In this document: positions 20,603 through 31,544 of the stretch, piece after piece
How the letters are laid out: the number at the start of each line of letters is the position of its first letter
How positions within the stretch are numbered: the stretch's first letter is position 1
NCBI GenBank assembly: GCA_963810465.1
Contig: CAWENM010000003.1
Span: 128,259 to 192,258, forward strand
Direction: 5' to 3'
DNA length: 64,000 nt
Source: an uncultured Acidobacteriota bacterium
GTDB taxonomy: Bacteria > Actinomycetota > Acidimicrobiia > Spongiisociales > ZC4RG35
The notes under the pieces: model-generated
The model's input: only the letters and a program-made list of their open reading frames with translations
The model's database searches: none
Told to the model about the DNA's origin: nothing
Position numbers and translations under genes: made by a program

Positions 20603-21786
20603 ACGCCGCGGTTCTGATCGTTGCCCTGGCCGCCTTGGCCCTCGCGGCATGGTTGCGCGCCGCAGGGGCGGCCATCACTCGTGTCCCCCGCGCGGATGCT
20701 CTGCGGGACGAAGCCGATGATGTGCGTGGTGCCGGCACCGTCGCCGATTTGCTCGAGGAGCGTGAGGCGACGACACCGGCAGTGGCCATGGTCGGCTCGG
20801 CCTTGCTGGTCGTGGCTGCAGTGGCCGGCACTGCGCTGGTCGCTGCCGGACAGTCGCTGGGCACCGCCGTTGGCTACGCCGCAATTGTCTTTCTCGTCGT
20901 GTTCCTCGTCGGCGACCTTGCCCCGCGGCAGCTGGGCCGGCGCCGACCGCGCTCGATCGCGTACAAGTCGGCGAGGCTGCTCCGCGTGGCTGTCGGGCTC
21001 GGTGGCTGGGCCTCTGATCTGATCACCGAGTCGAACGGCGAGGACGAGGGCGAGATCGAGCCGGAGCCTGAGAACGTCACCGAGCAGGAACGGGAGATGA
21101 TCGATTCCGTGCTCGAATTCGGCGACACGGTGGTGCGTGAGGTCATGACCCCACGTCCGGACATGGTGACTGTGCCTGTGACGGCGTCGGTGGACGATCT
21201 GATCTCGGTCACCACGGACGAGGGCTTCTCCAGGATCCCGGTGACGAGCAATGGCGACGTCGTGGGCATGGTGATGGTCAAGGATCTGTTGCCACTCCTG
21301 AGCGAAGGCCGCCGCCCTGCCTCCGTTGCGGAGGTGATGAGACCTGTCGAATTCGTCCCGGAGACCAAGCTCGCGTCCGCGCTGTTGGGCGAGATGCAGG
21401 CCAACCATCAGCATCAGATGATCGTGATCGACGAATACGGGGAGGTCGCCGGCCTCGTCACCATCGAGGACCTGCTGGAGGAGCTGGTGGGGGAGATTGC
21501 TGACGAAACCGACGAAGAGGAGATATTCATCTCGGCCCGGCGTGACGGTGGCTGGGACATCGACGGCAGGCTGCCTGTCGACGATCTAGCAAATCTCGCC
21601 GGTGTCGACCTGCCCGATGAGGATTGGGACACCGTGGCCGGTCTGGTGATGGGTCTGGCCGAGCGTGTCCCCGACGAGGGCGAGCATTTTTCATACGGTC
21701 CACTGACGCTCACCGTCACCCGGATGCAGGGCAGACGGGTTGCCGAGGTCTTGGTATTTGTATCGGAGGCTGTGGACGCCGAATGA
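20599..21786 (+). CDS. CNNM/DUF21-CBS-CorC_HlyC hemolysin-family membrane protein (CorC/TlyC-like)
   Basis: N-terminal TM DUF21, CBS pair, CorC_HlyC C-terminal domain. Confidence 0.88.
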   Translation: MNAAVLIVALAALALAAWLRAAGAAITRVPRADALRDEADDVRGAGTVADLLEEREATTPAVAMVGSALLVVAAVAGTALVAAGQSLGTAVGYAAIVFLVVFLVGDLAPRQLGRRRPRSIAYKSARLLRVAVGLGGWASDLITESNGEDEGEIEPEPENVTEQEREMIDSVLEFGDTVVREVMTPRPDMVTVPVTASVDDLISVTTDEGFSRIPVTSNGDVVGMVMVKDLLPLLSEGRRPASVAEVMRPVEFVPETKLASALLGEMQANHQHQMIVIDEYGEVAGLVTIEDLLEELVGEIADETDEEEIFISARRDGGWDIDGRLPVDDLANLAGVDLPDEDWDTVAGLVMGLAERVPDEGEHFSYGPLTLTVTRMQGRRVAEVLVFVSEAVDAE

Positions 21787-22670
21787 GGTCAGGGTTCGTG
21801 CCCGTCGTGGGGCGCCCCAACGTCGGGAAGTCGACGCTGGTGAATGCGATGGTCGGGTCGAAGGTGGCCATCACCTCCTCACGACCCCAGACCACGCGCA
21901 ACGCGATCCGCGGCATCGTGAACGGGCCCGGTCAGGAGCCTGAGTATCAGATAGTCCTCGTCGACACACCCGGGCTCCACAAGCCACGCAATGAGCTGGG
22001 GACGAGGTTGAACTCCCTGGTTTACGGCACCCTTGCCGAGGCCGACGTTGTCGTGTTCCTCGTGGATGCGACCCAACCGATCGGACCCGGCGACCGGCTC
22101 ATCGCCGAGCGTCTGAGTGAAGCTGAGGCCGAGGTGATCGTGGTCGTGAGCAAACTCGATATCGGCCGCCGCGGCCAGGTCGTCGATCAGCTGGCCAAGG
22201 CGGGGGAGTGGGACTTCGCCTCGTATGTCCCGGTCTCGGCCCTCGACGGGTCTGGTGTTTCCGAGCTGGTTGCGGAGGTCGTGTCCCGGCTGCCGGAGGG
22301 GCCGATGTATTACCCGCCCGGTGTGACGACCGATCAGCCCGAGGGCCTGGTGATCGGCGAGATCGTCCGTGAGAAGTTCCTCGACCGGCTTCGTGAGGAG
22401 CTTCCGCATTCCTTGGTTGTCGTGGTGGAGGACCTCGAGCAACGCGAGGATGGGCTCATCGACATCGCGGCCGACGTCATCGTCGAACGCAAGAGCCAGA
22501 AGGGCATCGTGATCGGAAAGGGTGGCTCGCTACTCAAGGACGCCGGGACCGAGGCACGACACGACCTGGAGTCATTGTTGGGGAACCGGGTGAATCTCAG
22601 CCTTCGTGTGAAGGTCGAGCCCGACTGGCAACGAAAGCCCCAGCTCCTCGACCGCCTCGGGTTCGACTGA
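21783..22670 (+). CDS. era: GTPase Era
   Basis: G1 GRPNVGKST, G3 DTPG, KH domain C-terminus. ATGA overlap with the upstream gene. The track start at 21624 is too long. Confidence 0.95.
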   Translation: MRSGFVPVVGRPNVGKSTLVNAMVGSKVAITSSRPQTTRNAIRGIVNGPGQEPEYQIVLVDTPGLHKPRNELGTRLNSLVYGTLAEADVVVFLVDATQPIGPGDRLIAERLSEAEAEVIVVVSKLDIGRRGQVVDQLAKAGEWDFASYVPVSALDGSGVSELVAEVVSRLPEGPMYYPPGVTTDQPEGLVIGEIVREKFLDRLREELPHSLVVVVEDLEQREDGLIDIAADVIVERKSQKGIVIGKGGSLLKDAGTEARHDLESLLGNRVNLSLRVKVEPDWQRKPQLLDRLGFD

Positions 22671-22697
22671 TTCTGGCGCGGAGATCGCGCCAAAACG
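22671..22697. repeat. REP-like palindromic element (copy 2), candidate bidirectional terminator between convergent era and phhB
   Basis: Identical 27-mer to 8877-8903, with the same hairpin. Confidence 0.8.
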
Positions 22698-22698
22698 G

Positions 22699-22977
22699 TT
22701 AGAGGAGCCCGTCGCAGAGGTCGGCGAGGTCCAGGTCTTTGGCGGTGACGCCACCTTCGGAGTGGGTGGAGAGCGTCAGAGTGACCTTGTTCCAGCGGAT
22801 GTCGATATCGGGATGATGGTCGGCCTTCTCGGCGGCCAGAGCGACTCGTGTCACCAGACCCATCGACTCGTTGAAGTCGATCAGCTCATAGGTGCGGGCG
22901 ATGCCGTCGTCGACCTTGCCCCAGCCGGGGTGAGACTCGACGAAGGCCTCGATCTCGGTGTCGGGAACAAGGGTCAT
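22699..22977 (-). CDS. phhB: 4a-hydroxytetrahydrobiopterin (pterin-4a-carbinolamine) dehydratase
   Basis: 92 aa with PCD motif ...EKADHHPDIDIRWNKVTLTLSTHS... Confidence 0.85.
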   Translation of the reverse strand: MTLVPDTEIEAFVESHPGWGKVDDGIARTYELIDFNESMGLVTRVALAAEKADHHPDIDIRWNKVTLTLSTHSEGGVTAKDLDLADLCDGLL

Positions 22978-23010
22978 GTGGCCAGCTTATCGCTGCCCCT
23001 AATGACCCGT

Positions 23011-23068
23011 ACTTGGTACCAAGTGCTAAGTACCGAGTACGCCAGATCAGGCTTCTAGCCTGATCTGG
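23011..23068. promoter_or_regulatory. two perfect palindromes in the phhB/recO divergent region: ACTTGGTACCAAGT (23011-23024) and CCAGATCAGGC-TTCTA-GCCTGATCTGG (23042-23068, ends 3 nt before the recO ATG)
   Basis: Read directly from the sequence. 14-bp perfect palindrome and 11-bp-arm hairpin. Candidate operator(s) and/or translation-initiation-region structure. Confidence 0.4.
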
Positions 23069-23071
23069 CTC

Positions 23072-23788
23072 ATGGCCATCCGTCACGATCAAGGAATCGT
23101 CCTCCGCAGCTACCCGTTCGGGGAGGCGGATCGGGTCGTGGTGCTGTTGAGCCCCAACAGCGGCAAGATACGCACGGTGGCCAAGGGCATCCGGAAGACC
23201 AAGAGCCGGTTCGGAGGGCGTCTCGAGCCGTTCACTCACGTCGATTTGGTCCTCTACGAAGGCCGAAATCTCGACACCATCACCCAGGTGGCTGTGATCG
23301 AGCCCTTTCCCCGGCTCCGGGCGAGTCTCGATGCGGTAGTGGCGGCAGGCACGATGGTCGAGGCAGCCGATGCCGTCGCTCAGGAGCAGGAGTCCTCGAT
23401 GCGGCTCTTTCTCCTGCTCCACCGTGGGCTCAGAGCGCTCGAGGCCGGTCAGATCGGCGCCGACCTGATCACCAGCTATCTGCTGAAGCTGGCCGATGTG
23501 GTGGGGGTGGCACCTTCGCTTCTCGTCTGCGCGTCCTGTGGCCGGGTCGACGATCTGCACGGTTTCTCATTCGGCGGCGGCGGTGCCATTTGTGACTCGT
23601 GCCGGACCGAGGGAGCGGTGCGGCTCCGCGATGGAGTGACCGTCTACCTCGCCGCCCTGGCCGAGGCAGAGTTCGGGCGATTGCCGGAGACAGATGTGAG
23701 CCTGGCCGGGGAGGCAATGGGCATCGCCCGCCGCTTCGTCGAGTACCACCTCGATCGCAAGCTCATCTCACTGGCGGTGATGGAGTGA
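23072..23788 (+). CDS. recO: DNA repair protein RecO
   Basis: 238 aa, OB-fold N-terminus, C-terminal Cys4 zinc motif (CASCG...CDSC). Confidence 0.93.
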   Translation: MAIRHDQGIVLRSYPFGEADRVVVLLSPNSGKIRTVAKGIRKTKSRFGGRLEPFTHVDLVLYEGRNLDTITQVAVIEPFPRLRASLDAVVAAGTMVEAADAVAQEQESSMRLFLLLHRGLRALEAGQIGADLITSYLLKLADVVGVAPSLLVCASCGRVDDLHGFSFGGGGAICDSCRTEGAVRLRDGVTVYLAALAEAEFGRLPETDVSLAGEAMGIARRFVEYHLDRKLISLAVME

Positions 23789-24540
23789 GCCTGGATCTGA
23801 CCAGGATCGACCCAAAGAGCATTCCAAGACACGTCGGGCTCATCCTCGACGGCAATGGGCGGTGGGCCAACGCGCGTGGCCTGCCGCGAACCGCTGGACA
23901 TGCCGCAGGTGAGGCGGCGTTGTTCGACACGGTCGAAGGTGCGTTGGAGATCGGCATCGAATGGCTGACCGCCTACACGTTCTCCACCGAGAACTGGTCG
24001 CGCTCGGACGAGGAGGTCGAGTTCCTCATGTGGTTCAACGAGGACCTGCTCACCCGCCGCCGCGATGATCTCCATGCCCAGGGAGTGAGGATGCTCTTCG
24101 CCGGAGACATGGACGACCCCAGGATCCCGGATCGAAATCGCAAGCACATGGCCGAGGCGGCTGACATGACGGCGGGCAACACCAGTCTCCACCTGGTGTT
24201 CGCCTTCAACTACGGGAGCCGTCGCGAGATCGTCGATGCCACGAGAGCTCTCGCCTCCAGGGTGGCGACCGGGGCGCTGGCTATCGACGACATCGATGAG
24301 TCGAAGTTGGCCGGCTCGCTGTACGTCCCCGAGATGCCCGACGTCGACCTGATCATTCGATCCTCCGGCGAGCATCGGCTGTCCAACTTCCTGCTCTGGC
24401 AATCGGCGTATGCCGAGTTCTACTTCCCGGGCATCCTCTGGCCCGACTTCGACCGACATGGGTTGCTCGACGCCGTGATCGATTACCAGGGCAGGGAGCG
24501 TCGTTTCGGCGCCGCCGAGGACCTGTCTCAGATTGACTAA
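23785..24540 (+). CDS. uppS: isoprenyl transferase (undecaprenyl-diphosphate synthase family)
   Basis: cis-IPPS motifs HVGLILDGNGRWA, RSSGEHRLSNFLLWQ. GTG start overlapping the recO stop. The track start at 23599 overlaps recO. Confidence 0.92.
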   Translation: MSLDLTRIDPKSIPRHVGLILDGNGRWANARGLPRTAGHAAGEAALFDTVEGALEIGIEWLTAYTFSTENWSRSDEEVEFLMWFNEDLLTRRRDDLHAQGVRMLFAGDMDDPRIPDRNRKHMAEAADMTAGNTSLHLVFAFNYGSRREIVDATRALASRVATGALAIDDIDESKLAGSLYVPEMPDVDLIIRSSGEHRLSNFLLWQSAYAEFYFPGILWPDFDRHGLLDAVIDYQGRERRFGAAEDLSQID

Positions 24541-24573
24541 GCGCCCGGATCTGGCCACCGTTCCGTCTTCGGT

Positions 24574-25881
24574 ATGACGCAACCAACCCTCGAGACCATC
24601 TCGAATCTCGCCAAGAAGCGAGGCTTTGTCTTCCAGGCCTCAGAGATCTATGGCGGGATTCGCTCCGCTTATGACTATGGGCCGCTCGGCGTCGAGTTGC
24701 TGCGCAACGTCAAGGACGAGTGGTGGCGAGAAATGGTCCAGCTGCGAGACGACGTGGTTGGGATCGATTCCGCCATCCTCCAGGCCCGCAAGGTGTGGCA
24801 GGCGTCGGGCCACGAGGAGGTCTTCACCGACCCGTTGGTCGAGTGCCGCAACTGCAACGCACGGCACCGTCTCGACAAGCTGGAGGACCCGAACACCTGC
24901 CCAACATGTGGGAAGTCAGGGACGTTCACCGAGCCGAAGCCATTTCATCTCATGTTCCGCACCCACATGGGCCCCGTCGATTCGGAGGAGAACCTGATCT
25001 ATCTCCGACCGGAGACGGCACAGGGAATATTCACCAACTTCGAGAACATCCGCCGCACCAATCGTCTCAAGCTCCCATTCGGGATCGCCCAGGTGGGCAA
25101 GTCGTTCCGAAATGAGATCACCCCGGGGCAATTCGTCTTCCGCACCCGTGAGTTCGAGCAGATGGAGATGGAGTACTTCGTCAGGCCCGAGGAGGTGGAC
25201 GAATGGTTCGCCTACTGGCAGGAGCGACGTTTCGCCTGGTATCTCGGTCTTGGAATGACCGAGTCCAATCTCCGGATCCGGCCACACGACGATGACGAGC
25301 TCAGTCACTATTCAGCGAGCACGGTCGACGTCGAGTATCGGTTTCCCTGGGACTGGGACGAGCTAGAGGGGATCGCGAATCGCACCGATTTCGACCTCAA
25401 ACAGCACTCCGAGCACTCCGGAGAGGATCTCCGCTATTTCGACCCCGATACGAACGAACGCTTCTATCCGTATGCCATCGAACCGGCGGCAGGCGCCACC
25501 AGGACCACCTTCGCCTTCCTCATCGACGCCTATGACGAGGAGAAGGTCAACGACGAGACGAGGACAGTCCTCCGCCTTCATCCTCGACTGGCCCCCTACA
25601 AGGTGGCAATCCTCCCCTTGTCCAAGAAGGAAGATCTGATCGAGCCCGCCGAGCGCATCGCCGCCGAGCTTCGGCAGCGGTGGATGGTTGAGATGGACGT
25701 CACCCAGTCGATAGGGCGGCGCTACCGGCGTCAGGACGAGATCGGCACGCCATATGCCGTCACCGTGGACTTCGAGACGCTGGAGGACCGGGCGGTGACA
25801 GTCCGGGACCGGGACTCGATGAAACAAGACCGGGTCTCGATGGACCGTCTGGTGGACTATCTCTCCGAGCGTCTGGGCTAG
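24574..25881 (+). CDS. glyQS: glycine--tRNA ligase (class II, homodimeric GlyQS type)
   Basis: 435 aa, class II motifs, CxxC insertion (VECRNCNARHR...CPTCG), anticodon-binding C-terminus. Confidence 0.95.
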   Translation: MTQPTLETISNLAKKRGFVFQASEIYGGIRSAYDYGPLGVELLRNVKDEWWREMVQLRDDVVGIDSAILQARKVWQASGHEEVFTDPLVECRNCNARHRLDKLEDPNTCPTCGKSGTFTEPKPFHLMFRTHMGPVDSEENLIYLRPETAQGIFTNFENIRRTNRLKLPFGIAQVGKSFRNEITPGQFVFRTREFEQMEMEYFVRPEEVDEWFAYWQERRFAWYLGLGMTESNLRIRPHDDDELSHYSASTVDVEYRFPWDWDELEGIANRTDFDLKQHSEHSGEDLRYFDPDTNERFYPYAIEPAAGATRTTFAFLIDAYDEEKVNDETRTVLRLHPRLAPYKVAILPLSKKEDLIEPAERIAAELRQRWMVEMDVTQSIGRRYRRQDEIGTPYAVTVDFETLEDRAVTVRDRDSMKQDRVSMDRLVDYLSERLG

Positions 25882-25888
25882 AGGACGA

Positions 25889-26572
25889 ATGAGACGCCCG
25901 ATCGTCGGGTGGGTGCTGGGCGTCGTCGTCGTGGTCGCGGTCGTCGTAGTGGCCTATCTCTATTTCGCCGGCGGGACAGGGGAGCCGTCAACCGAGTTGA
26001 CCACGCCCACGCTCGCTGGGGCAGAAGATGGAATGGTTGCGTTCGTCATCGACCCGACTCGATCCAGCGCTGCGTTCGAGATCGACGAGGTGCTCCGGGG
26101 GGAGCCGCAGCGCGTCGTCGGCACAACCTCTGAGCTTGCCGGCCAATTCGAGATGGACCCGGACGACCTGTCGAGCGTCGAGTTTTCCCAGATAGTCGTC
26201 AACGCCCGCACGTTCGACACCGGGTCGGGGAACCGTGACCGGGCGATCCGGGGACCGGTGATTCTGGACTCGGCGAGCGACGAGTTCGAGTTCATCACCT
26301 TCGACGCGACGTCCGTGGAAGGCCTCCAGGGGGCTCTGACCGATGGTGAGATGCTCGAGTTCACGGTCGAGGGTGACCTGGTCATAAGAGACACCGTCAA
26401 TACGGTCACGTTCGACGTCACTGCCACTCCCATCGACGAGGACAGGATCGACGGGACCGCCGAAGCCACCGTGCTCCGCTCCGACTATGGCATCGGGATC
26501 CCCAACGCCCCGGGCGTGGCCGACGTCAGTGATGAGGTCCTTATACGCCTCGAATTCGTAGCGACATCGTGA
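25889..26572 (+). CDS. YceI-like polyisoprenoid-binding protein
   Basis: N-terminal TM anchor, YceI lipocalin-like domain. Confidence 0.75.
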   Translation: MRRPIVGWVLGVVVVVAVVVVAYLYFAGGTGEPSTELTTPTLAGAEDGMVAFVIDPTRSSAAFEIDEVLRGEPQRVVGTTSELAGQFEMDPDDLSSVEFSQIVVNARTFDTGSGNRDRAIRGPVILDSASDEFEFITFDATSVEGLQGALTDGEMLEFTVEGDLVIRDTVNTVTFDVTATPIDEDRIDGTAEATVLRSDYGIGIPNAPGVADVSDEVLIRLEFVATS

Positions 26573-26606
26573 AGCAACGGCCTGTCGTACTTATGATCGG
26601 CCGACC

Positions 26607-28343
26607 ATGGCAGAGCGAGGTGACATCGATCGGGTTCGGGAGTCCACCGACCTCGTCGACCTGATCTCCGAGGTCACCAAAGTCAAGCGCTCGGGCCGCA
26701 GCTTCATGGCGGTCTGCCCCTTCCACGAGGAGAAGACGCCTTCGATGTCAGTGGATCGGGCCCGCGGGCTCTATCACTGTTTCGGGTGCGGCAAGGGCGG
26801 TGACGTGTTCAGCTTCGTGCAGGAGACCCAGGGAGTCGACTTCGCCGATGCCCTGGAACTGCTCGCGCGGAAGGCAGGGGTCACGCTGGTCCGCGACCCA
26901 GCCGACGCCCGTCAGAGAGGACGCCGCGGCGAAGCAGTCGAGGCCCTCAAGAGGGCGATCGACGTCTACCACGACCGACTGAAGAAGGCTCCAGAGGCAG
27001 GGCCGGCCCGGGCCTACCTTCGTCAGCGCGGATACGACGTCGGGATCATCGATGAGTGGAAACTGGGGTTCGCCGGGACCGACTGGGACACGCTTACCAA
27101 GGAGCTCAAGGCGGGCGGACTCGACGACCGGGTCTTGGTGGACGCCGGACTGTCCCGACGGGGACGCCAAGGGCTGTTCGATGTCTTCAGGGGCCGGCTC
27201 ATGTTCCCCATTCACGACCTTCGTGGTGACGCGGTCGGGTTCGGGGGTCGCAAGGTCGATGAGATCGATCGCAACGCTACGAACAACCCTGACGCCAAAT
27301 ATGTCAACTCCGCAGACTCCGTGGTCTATCACAAGGCCCAGGTTCTGTTCGGGCTCGACCGGGCCCGCCGGGAGATCTCCGACGACGATCCGGCAGTGAT
27401 CGTCGAGGGGTATACCGACGTGATCGCCATGCACCAGGCCGGGATCAAAACCGCCGTGGCAACGTGTGGTACCGCCCTTGGAGACGGGCATTTCGATCTC
27501 TTGCGGCGGTTCAGCGAGAAAGTGGTTCTGGCATTCGACTCCGACGAGGCAGGGTCCAAGGCAGCCCTTCGTGGTGATGAGTTGGAGTCGCCATTTCGCC
27601 TCGACCTCGATCTGCGAGTGGCGGTGATGCCCGACGGGCTCGATCCGGCCGACCTGGTGCAGCAGGCACGAAACGAGGAGTTGGTTGTGGCGGTCAAGGA
27701 AGCACGTCCGCTCCTGGAGCAAAGGATCGAGCACGAGGTGAGTCGGCACGATCTGTCCGGACCGGAGGGCCGAGCACGAGCCCTTCATGCCGCTGCTGCT
27801 CAAGTGCGTCGGGTCAAGGATGGCATCGCTCGTCGGGAATACGCTCGGTTTGTCGCACGGCTGGTCGGCGCAGACCTGGAGACTGCTGAAGCTGCGATCG
27901 AGGGCGACCGGTCAAGACGCGGCCGGGCCGAACCCTCTAACGAGCGCCCCCTCGACCGCATCGAGTCCGAGCTCATGCGAGTGCTGCTCGCCGACCCATC
28001 GACCGTGGAAGGCGTGGTTGCCGAGGACTTCACCGATCAACGGCTCAGACTGGCCTTCTCGGCCCTGGATCTGTCCGCGACTACCCCTGGTCAGCCGGTC
28101 GACATCTCGGAGGCCGGCGAGGAGGAGACGCGATCGTTGCTTCGCTCCCTCGCGATGGACGACCGCCCGCTCCCGTCGGGGCGTGAGATCCTGACCCGGG
28201 TGAAAGAGCGAAGGCTTGACGTCGAGATCGAGGAGCTGCAGCGGATACTGGCCGAAATGGAGCCCGGAAGCGATGCTCATTCCGACAACCTCCGCCACTT
28301 GATAGCTTTACAGCAGGAGAAGCGATCCTCCACCCGGATGTGA
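26607..28343 (+). CDS. dnaG: DNA primase
   Basis: CHC2 zinc finger ([13 protein letters not shown]...CFGC), TOPRIM ([10 protein letters not shown]), DnaB-binding C-terminus. Confidence 0.96.
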   Translation: MAERGDIDRVRESTDLVDLISEVTKVKRSGRSFMAVCPFHEEKTPSMSVDRARGLYHCFGCGKGGDVFSFVQETQGVDFADALELLARKAGVTLVRDPADARQRGRRGEAVEALKRAIDVYHDRLKKAPEAGPARAYLRQRGYDVGIIDEWKLGFAGTDWDTLTKELKAGGLDDRVLVDAGLSRRGRQGLFDVFRGRLMFPIHDLRGDAVGFGGRKVDEIDRNATNNPDAKYVNSADSVVYHKAQVLFGLDRARREISDDDPAVIVEGYTDVIAMHQAGIKTAVATCGTALGDGHFDLLRRFSEKVVLAFDSDEAGSKAALRGDELESPFRLDLDLRVAVMPDGLDPADLVQQARNEELVVAVKEARPLLEQRIEHEVSRHDLSGPEGRARALHAAAAQVRRVKDGIARREYARFVARLVGADLETAEAAIEGDRSRRGRAEPSNERPLDRIESELMRVLLADPSTVEGVVAEDFTDQRLRLAFSALDLSATTPGQPVDISEAGEEETRSLLRSLAMDDRPLPSGREILTRVKERRLDVEIEELQRILAEMEPGSDAHSDNLRHLIALQQEKRSSTRM

Positions 28344-29467
28344 ACGAAGAACTCAGCAAGGTCGTCGCCGCCCTGGTGAAGCGGGGCAAGCATCGTGGCT
28401 TTCTCACGATGGCAGAAGTCCAGCAAGAGCTGGAGGATGCCGAGGCGTCCGGAGAGGCATTCGAGGAGGTCGCCGATGCCCTCCGCTCCCAGGGAATAAA
28501 ACTGACCGAGGAGGGTCCGGGCGTCACCGAGGAGTTCGTCGAGGTCGGCCAGATCTCGGTGTCGGACCCAGTCCGCCTCTATCTGAATGAGATCGGTCGG
28601 TACCCCCTTCTCACCAGCCAGCAAGAGGTGGAGCTGGCGATGCACATGGAGGCCGGGCTTCGGGCGCAGTCCCGGCTCGACGAGGAAGGGCTCATCGACG
28701 AGGACCGAGCGGTCCTCGGCCATGAGATAGACATTGGCGACGCAGCACAGAAGCAGCTGGTTCAGTCCAATCTTCGCCTTGTCGTGGCTTTGGCCCGTCG
28801 CTACGTCGGTCGGGGGATGGCGCTGTTGGACCTGATCCAGGAGGGCAACGTCGGGCTGATGCGGGCCGTGGAGCGGTTCGACTATCGGCGGGGCTTCAAG
28901 TTCTCCACATATGCCACCTGGTGGATCCGTCAGGCGATCTCCCGAGCTATCGCCGATCAGGGTCGGACCATCCGCATGCCCATTCACGTTCTCGACTCGG
29001 TGAACAAGCTGACCCGGGCACAGCGGGAGATGACCCAGACGATGGGGCGGGCCCCGAGTCTCGATGAGCTCGCCTTCGAGCTCGACATCGAACCCAGCCG
29101 GGTCGCGGAGCTGCAGCGAATCGCCCAGGACACAGTCTCTCTGGAAACGCCAGTCGGCGAGGACGATGACGGGACTCTCGGCGACCTGGTCGAAGATCTC
29201 GAGTCAGATCGCCCGCCGGACGTCGCCACCTTCTCGTCCTTGCAGGATCAGCTGGCCATGGCCCTGGAGGGTCTGAACGATCGAGAGCGTGAGGTCTTGA
29301 TCATGCGATTCGGTCTGGCCGACGGGCGGATGCGCACCCTGGAGGAGGTCGGATCCCATTTCAAGGTGACCCGGGAACGGATCCGGCAGCTGGAGACCAA
29401 GGCTTTGGCCAAGCTCCGGCACCCGGACAAGTCACAGAAGCTAGAAGGGTTCCTGGAGAACTCCTGA
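28340..29467 (+). CDS. rpoD: RNA polymerase sigma-70 family factor (principal/group 1-2, dnaG-linked)
   Basis: Regions 1.2, 2.1-2.4 ([30 protein letters not shown]), 3 and 4 (HTH). ATGA-type overlap with dnaG. The group 1 versus group 2 assignment is uncertain. Confidence 0.85.
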   Translation: MNEELSKVVAALVKRGKHRGFLTMAEVQQELEDAEASGEAFEEVADALRSQGIKLTEEGPGVTEEFVEVGQISVSDPVRLYLNEIGRYPLLTSQQEVELAMHMEAGLRAQSRLDEEGLIDEDRAVLGHEIDIGDAAQKQLVQSNLRLVVALARRYVGRGMALLDLIQEGNVGLMRAVERFDYRRGFKFSTYATWWIRQAISRAIADQGRTIRMPIHVLDSVNKLTRAQREMTQTMGRAPSLDELAFELDIEPSRVAELQRIAQDTVSLETPVGEDDDGTLGDLVEDLESDRPPDVATFSSLQDQLAMALEGLNDREREVLIMRFGLADGRMRTLEEVGSHFKVTRERIRQLETKALAKLRHPDKSQKLEGFLENS

Positions 29468-29513
29468 TCGGCCCCCCCGGCGCGGGGTGGGCCCGTCGTG
29501 GCAATATCGGGTC

Positions 29514-29759
29514 ATGAGATTCAGATCCGGACTCGTTGTCGGCGCCGCCGTTGGATATGTCCTCGGGACTCGTGCCGGAAAGCAGCGATATGAGCAGATC
29601 AAGCGCTGGGCCGGCGAGGCGAGAAAGCACCCGGCGGTGGCCCAGCTGGCGAATCAGACCGTCGGGGTGGTCGATGCGGGACGCTATGTCGCCGCCACCG
29701 GACTCACGACAGTCGCTAAGGGTCTACGCACCATCGATACTCAGACTGGCTCTGAGTAG
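29514..29759 (+). CDS. small hypothetical membrane-anchored protein
   Basis: 81 aa from ATG MRFRSGLVVGAAVGYVLG..., one TM helix. Confidence 0.45.
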   Translation: MRFRSGLVVGAAVGYVLGTRAGKQRYEQIKRWAGEARKHPAVAQLANQTVGVVDAGRYVAATGLTTVAKGLRTIDTQTGSE

Positions 29760-29801
29760 AGGAATCCCGACTGGTACCCTGACCGTGCCAGTCGGCAACC
29801 T

Positions 29802-29874
29802 TCCGCGGTAGCTCAATTGGTAGAGCAGTGGACTGTTAATCCATTGGTTGTAGGTTCGAGTCCTACCCGCGGAG
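29802..29874 (+). tRNA. tRNA-Asn (anticodon GUU)
   Basis: Cloverleaf read by hand. Acceptor TCCGCGG/CCGCGGA, D-arm GCTC/GAGC, anticodon loop CTGTTAA, T-arm GTAGG TTCGAGT CCTAC, discriminator G. CCA not encoded. Confidence 0.93.
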
Positions 29875-30099
29875 CCCGAATTCTGCCCATTGCATGGGGC
29901 CTTCGCTGATGGCGCAAACACACACTTGTTCGGGTGTAGCCAACCTGCAGCCAGCAGGGACGGACGGGCCTAATGCAGCCTCGAAATGTCCATGACGAAT
30001 CGATATCTGACATCCGCAGCGAAGCATCCGCTCAAGGCCTCATTGATCTCATTCGGCTTGATCAACTGATGCTCATTTGCCTCGACCACCTGCACGCGA

Positions 30100-31173
<1,074 letters not shown>

Positions 31174-31247
31174 TCACGACTGATCGAAATTCGTAGACAG
31201 GACAGCATCAAACAGCACCGAGCGGGACTGGACGGACGGGGCGGGCG

Positions 31248-31294
31248 GGACTGTTAATCCATTGGTTGTAGGTTCGAGTCCTACCCGCGGAGCC
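31248..31294 (+). repeat. 47-nt direct repeat of the tRNA-Asn 3' half (anticodon loop to acceptor end): att-site-like footprint
   Basis: Identical to 29830-29876 (GGACTGTTAATCCATTGGTTGTAGGTTCGAGTCCTACCCGCGGAGCC). Confidence 0.85.
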
Positions 31295-31544
31295 TTCTAT
31301 CCTCAGACGAAATCCGGTGGGCTAAACCCGGCATTCGCCGGTCATCGGATTCGGTTCGTCAGATCTAAGCCCGATACGAATCTCGTGAAGGCAATGAAAC
31401 TTCTCGCGGAAATATCCGGGCCGTCGAGGTCATCACTCTTGCGGGTGGGAGGCAGGAGGAGAGATACGAAGGATCGCAATCCGGAGTCGGCGCAGCGGTT
31501 TCTTGCTGGGTCGGAGGCGGCGGGCTGATTGGCGGTGGTTGCAG

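Noticed and set aside
31262-31528. 88-aa ORF starting inside the tRNA-Asn 3' repeat
   Set aside because: It begins within the duplicated tRNA fragment, has no RBS or domain signal, and has low-complexity composition. It is more likely non-coding flank of the att footprint.
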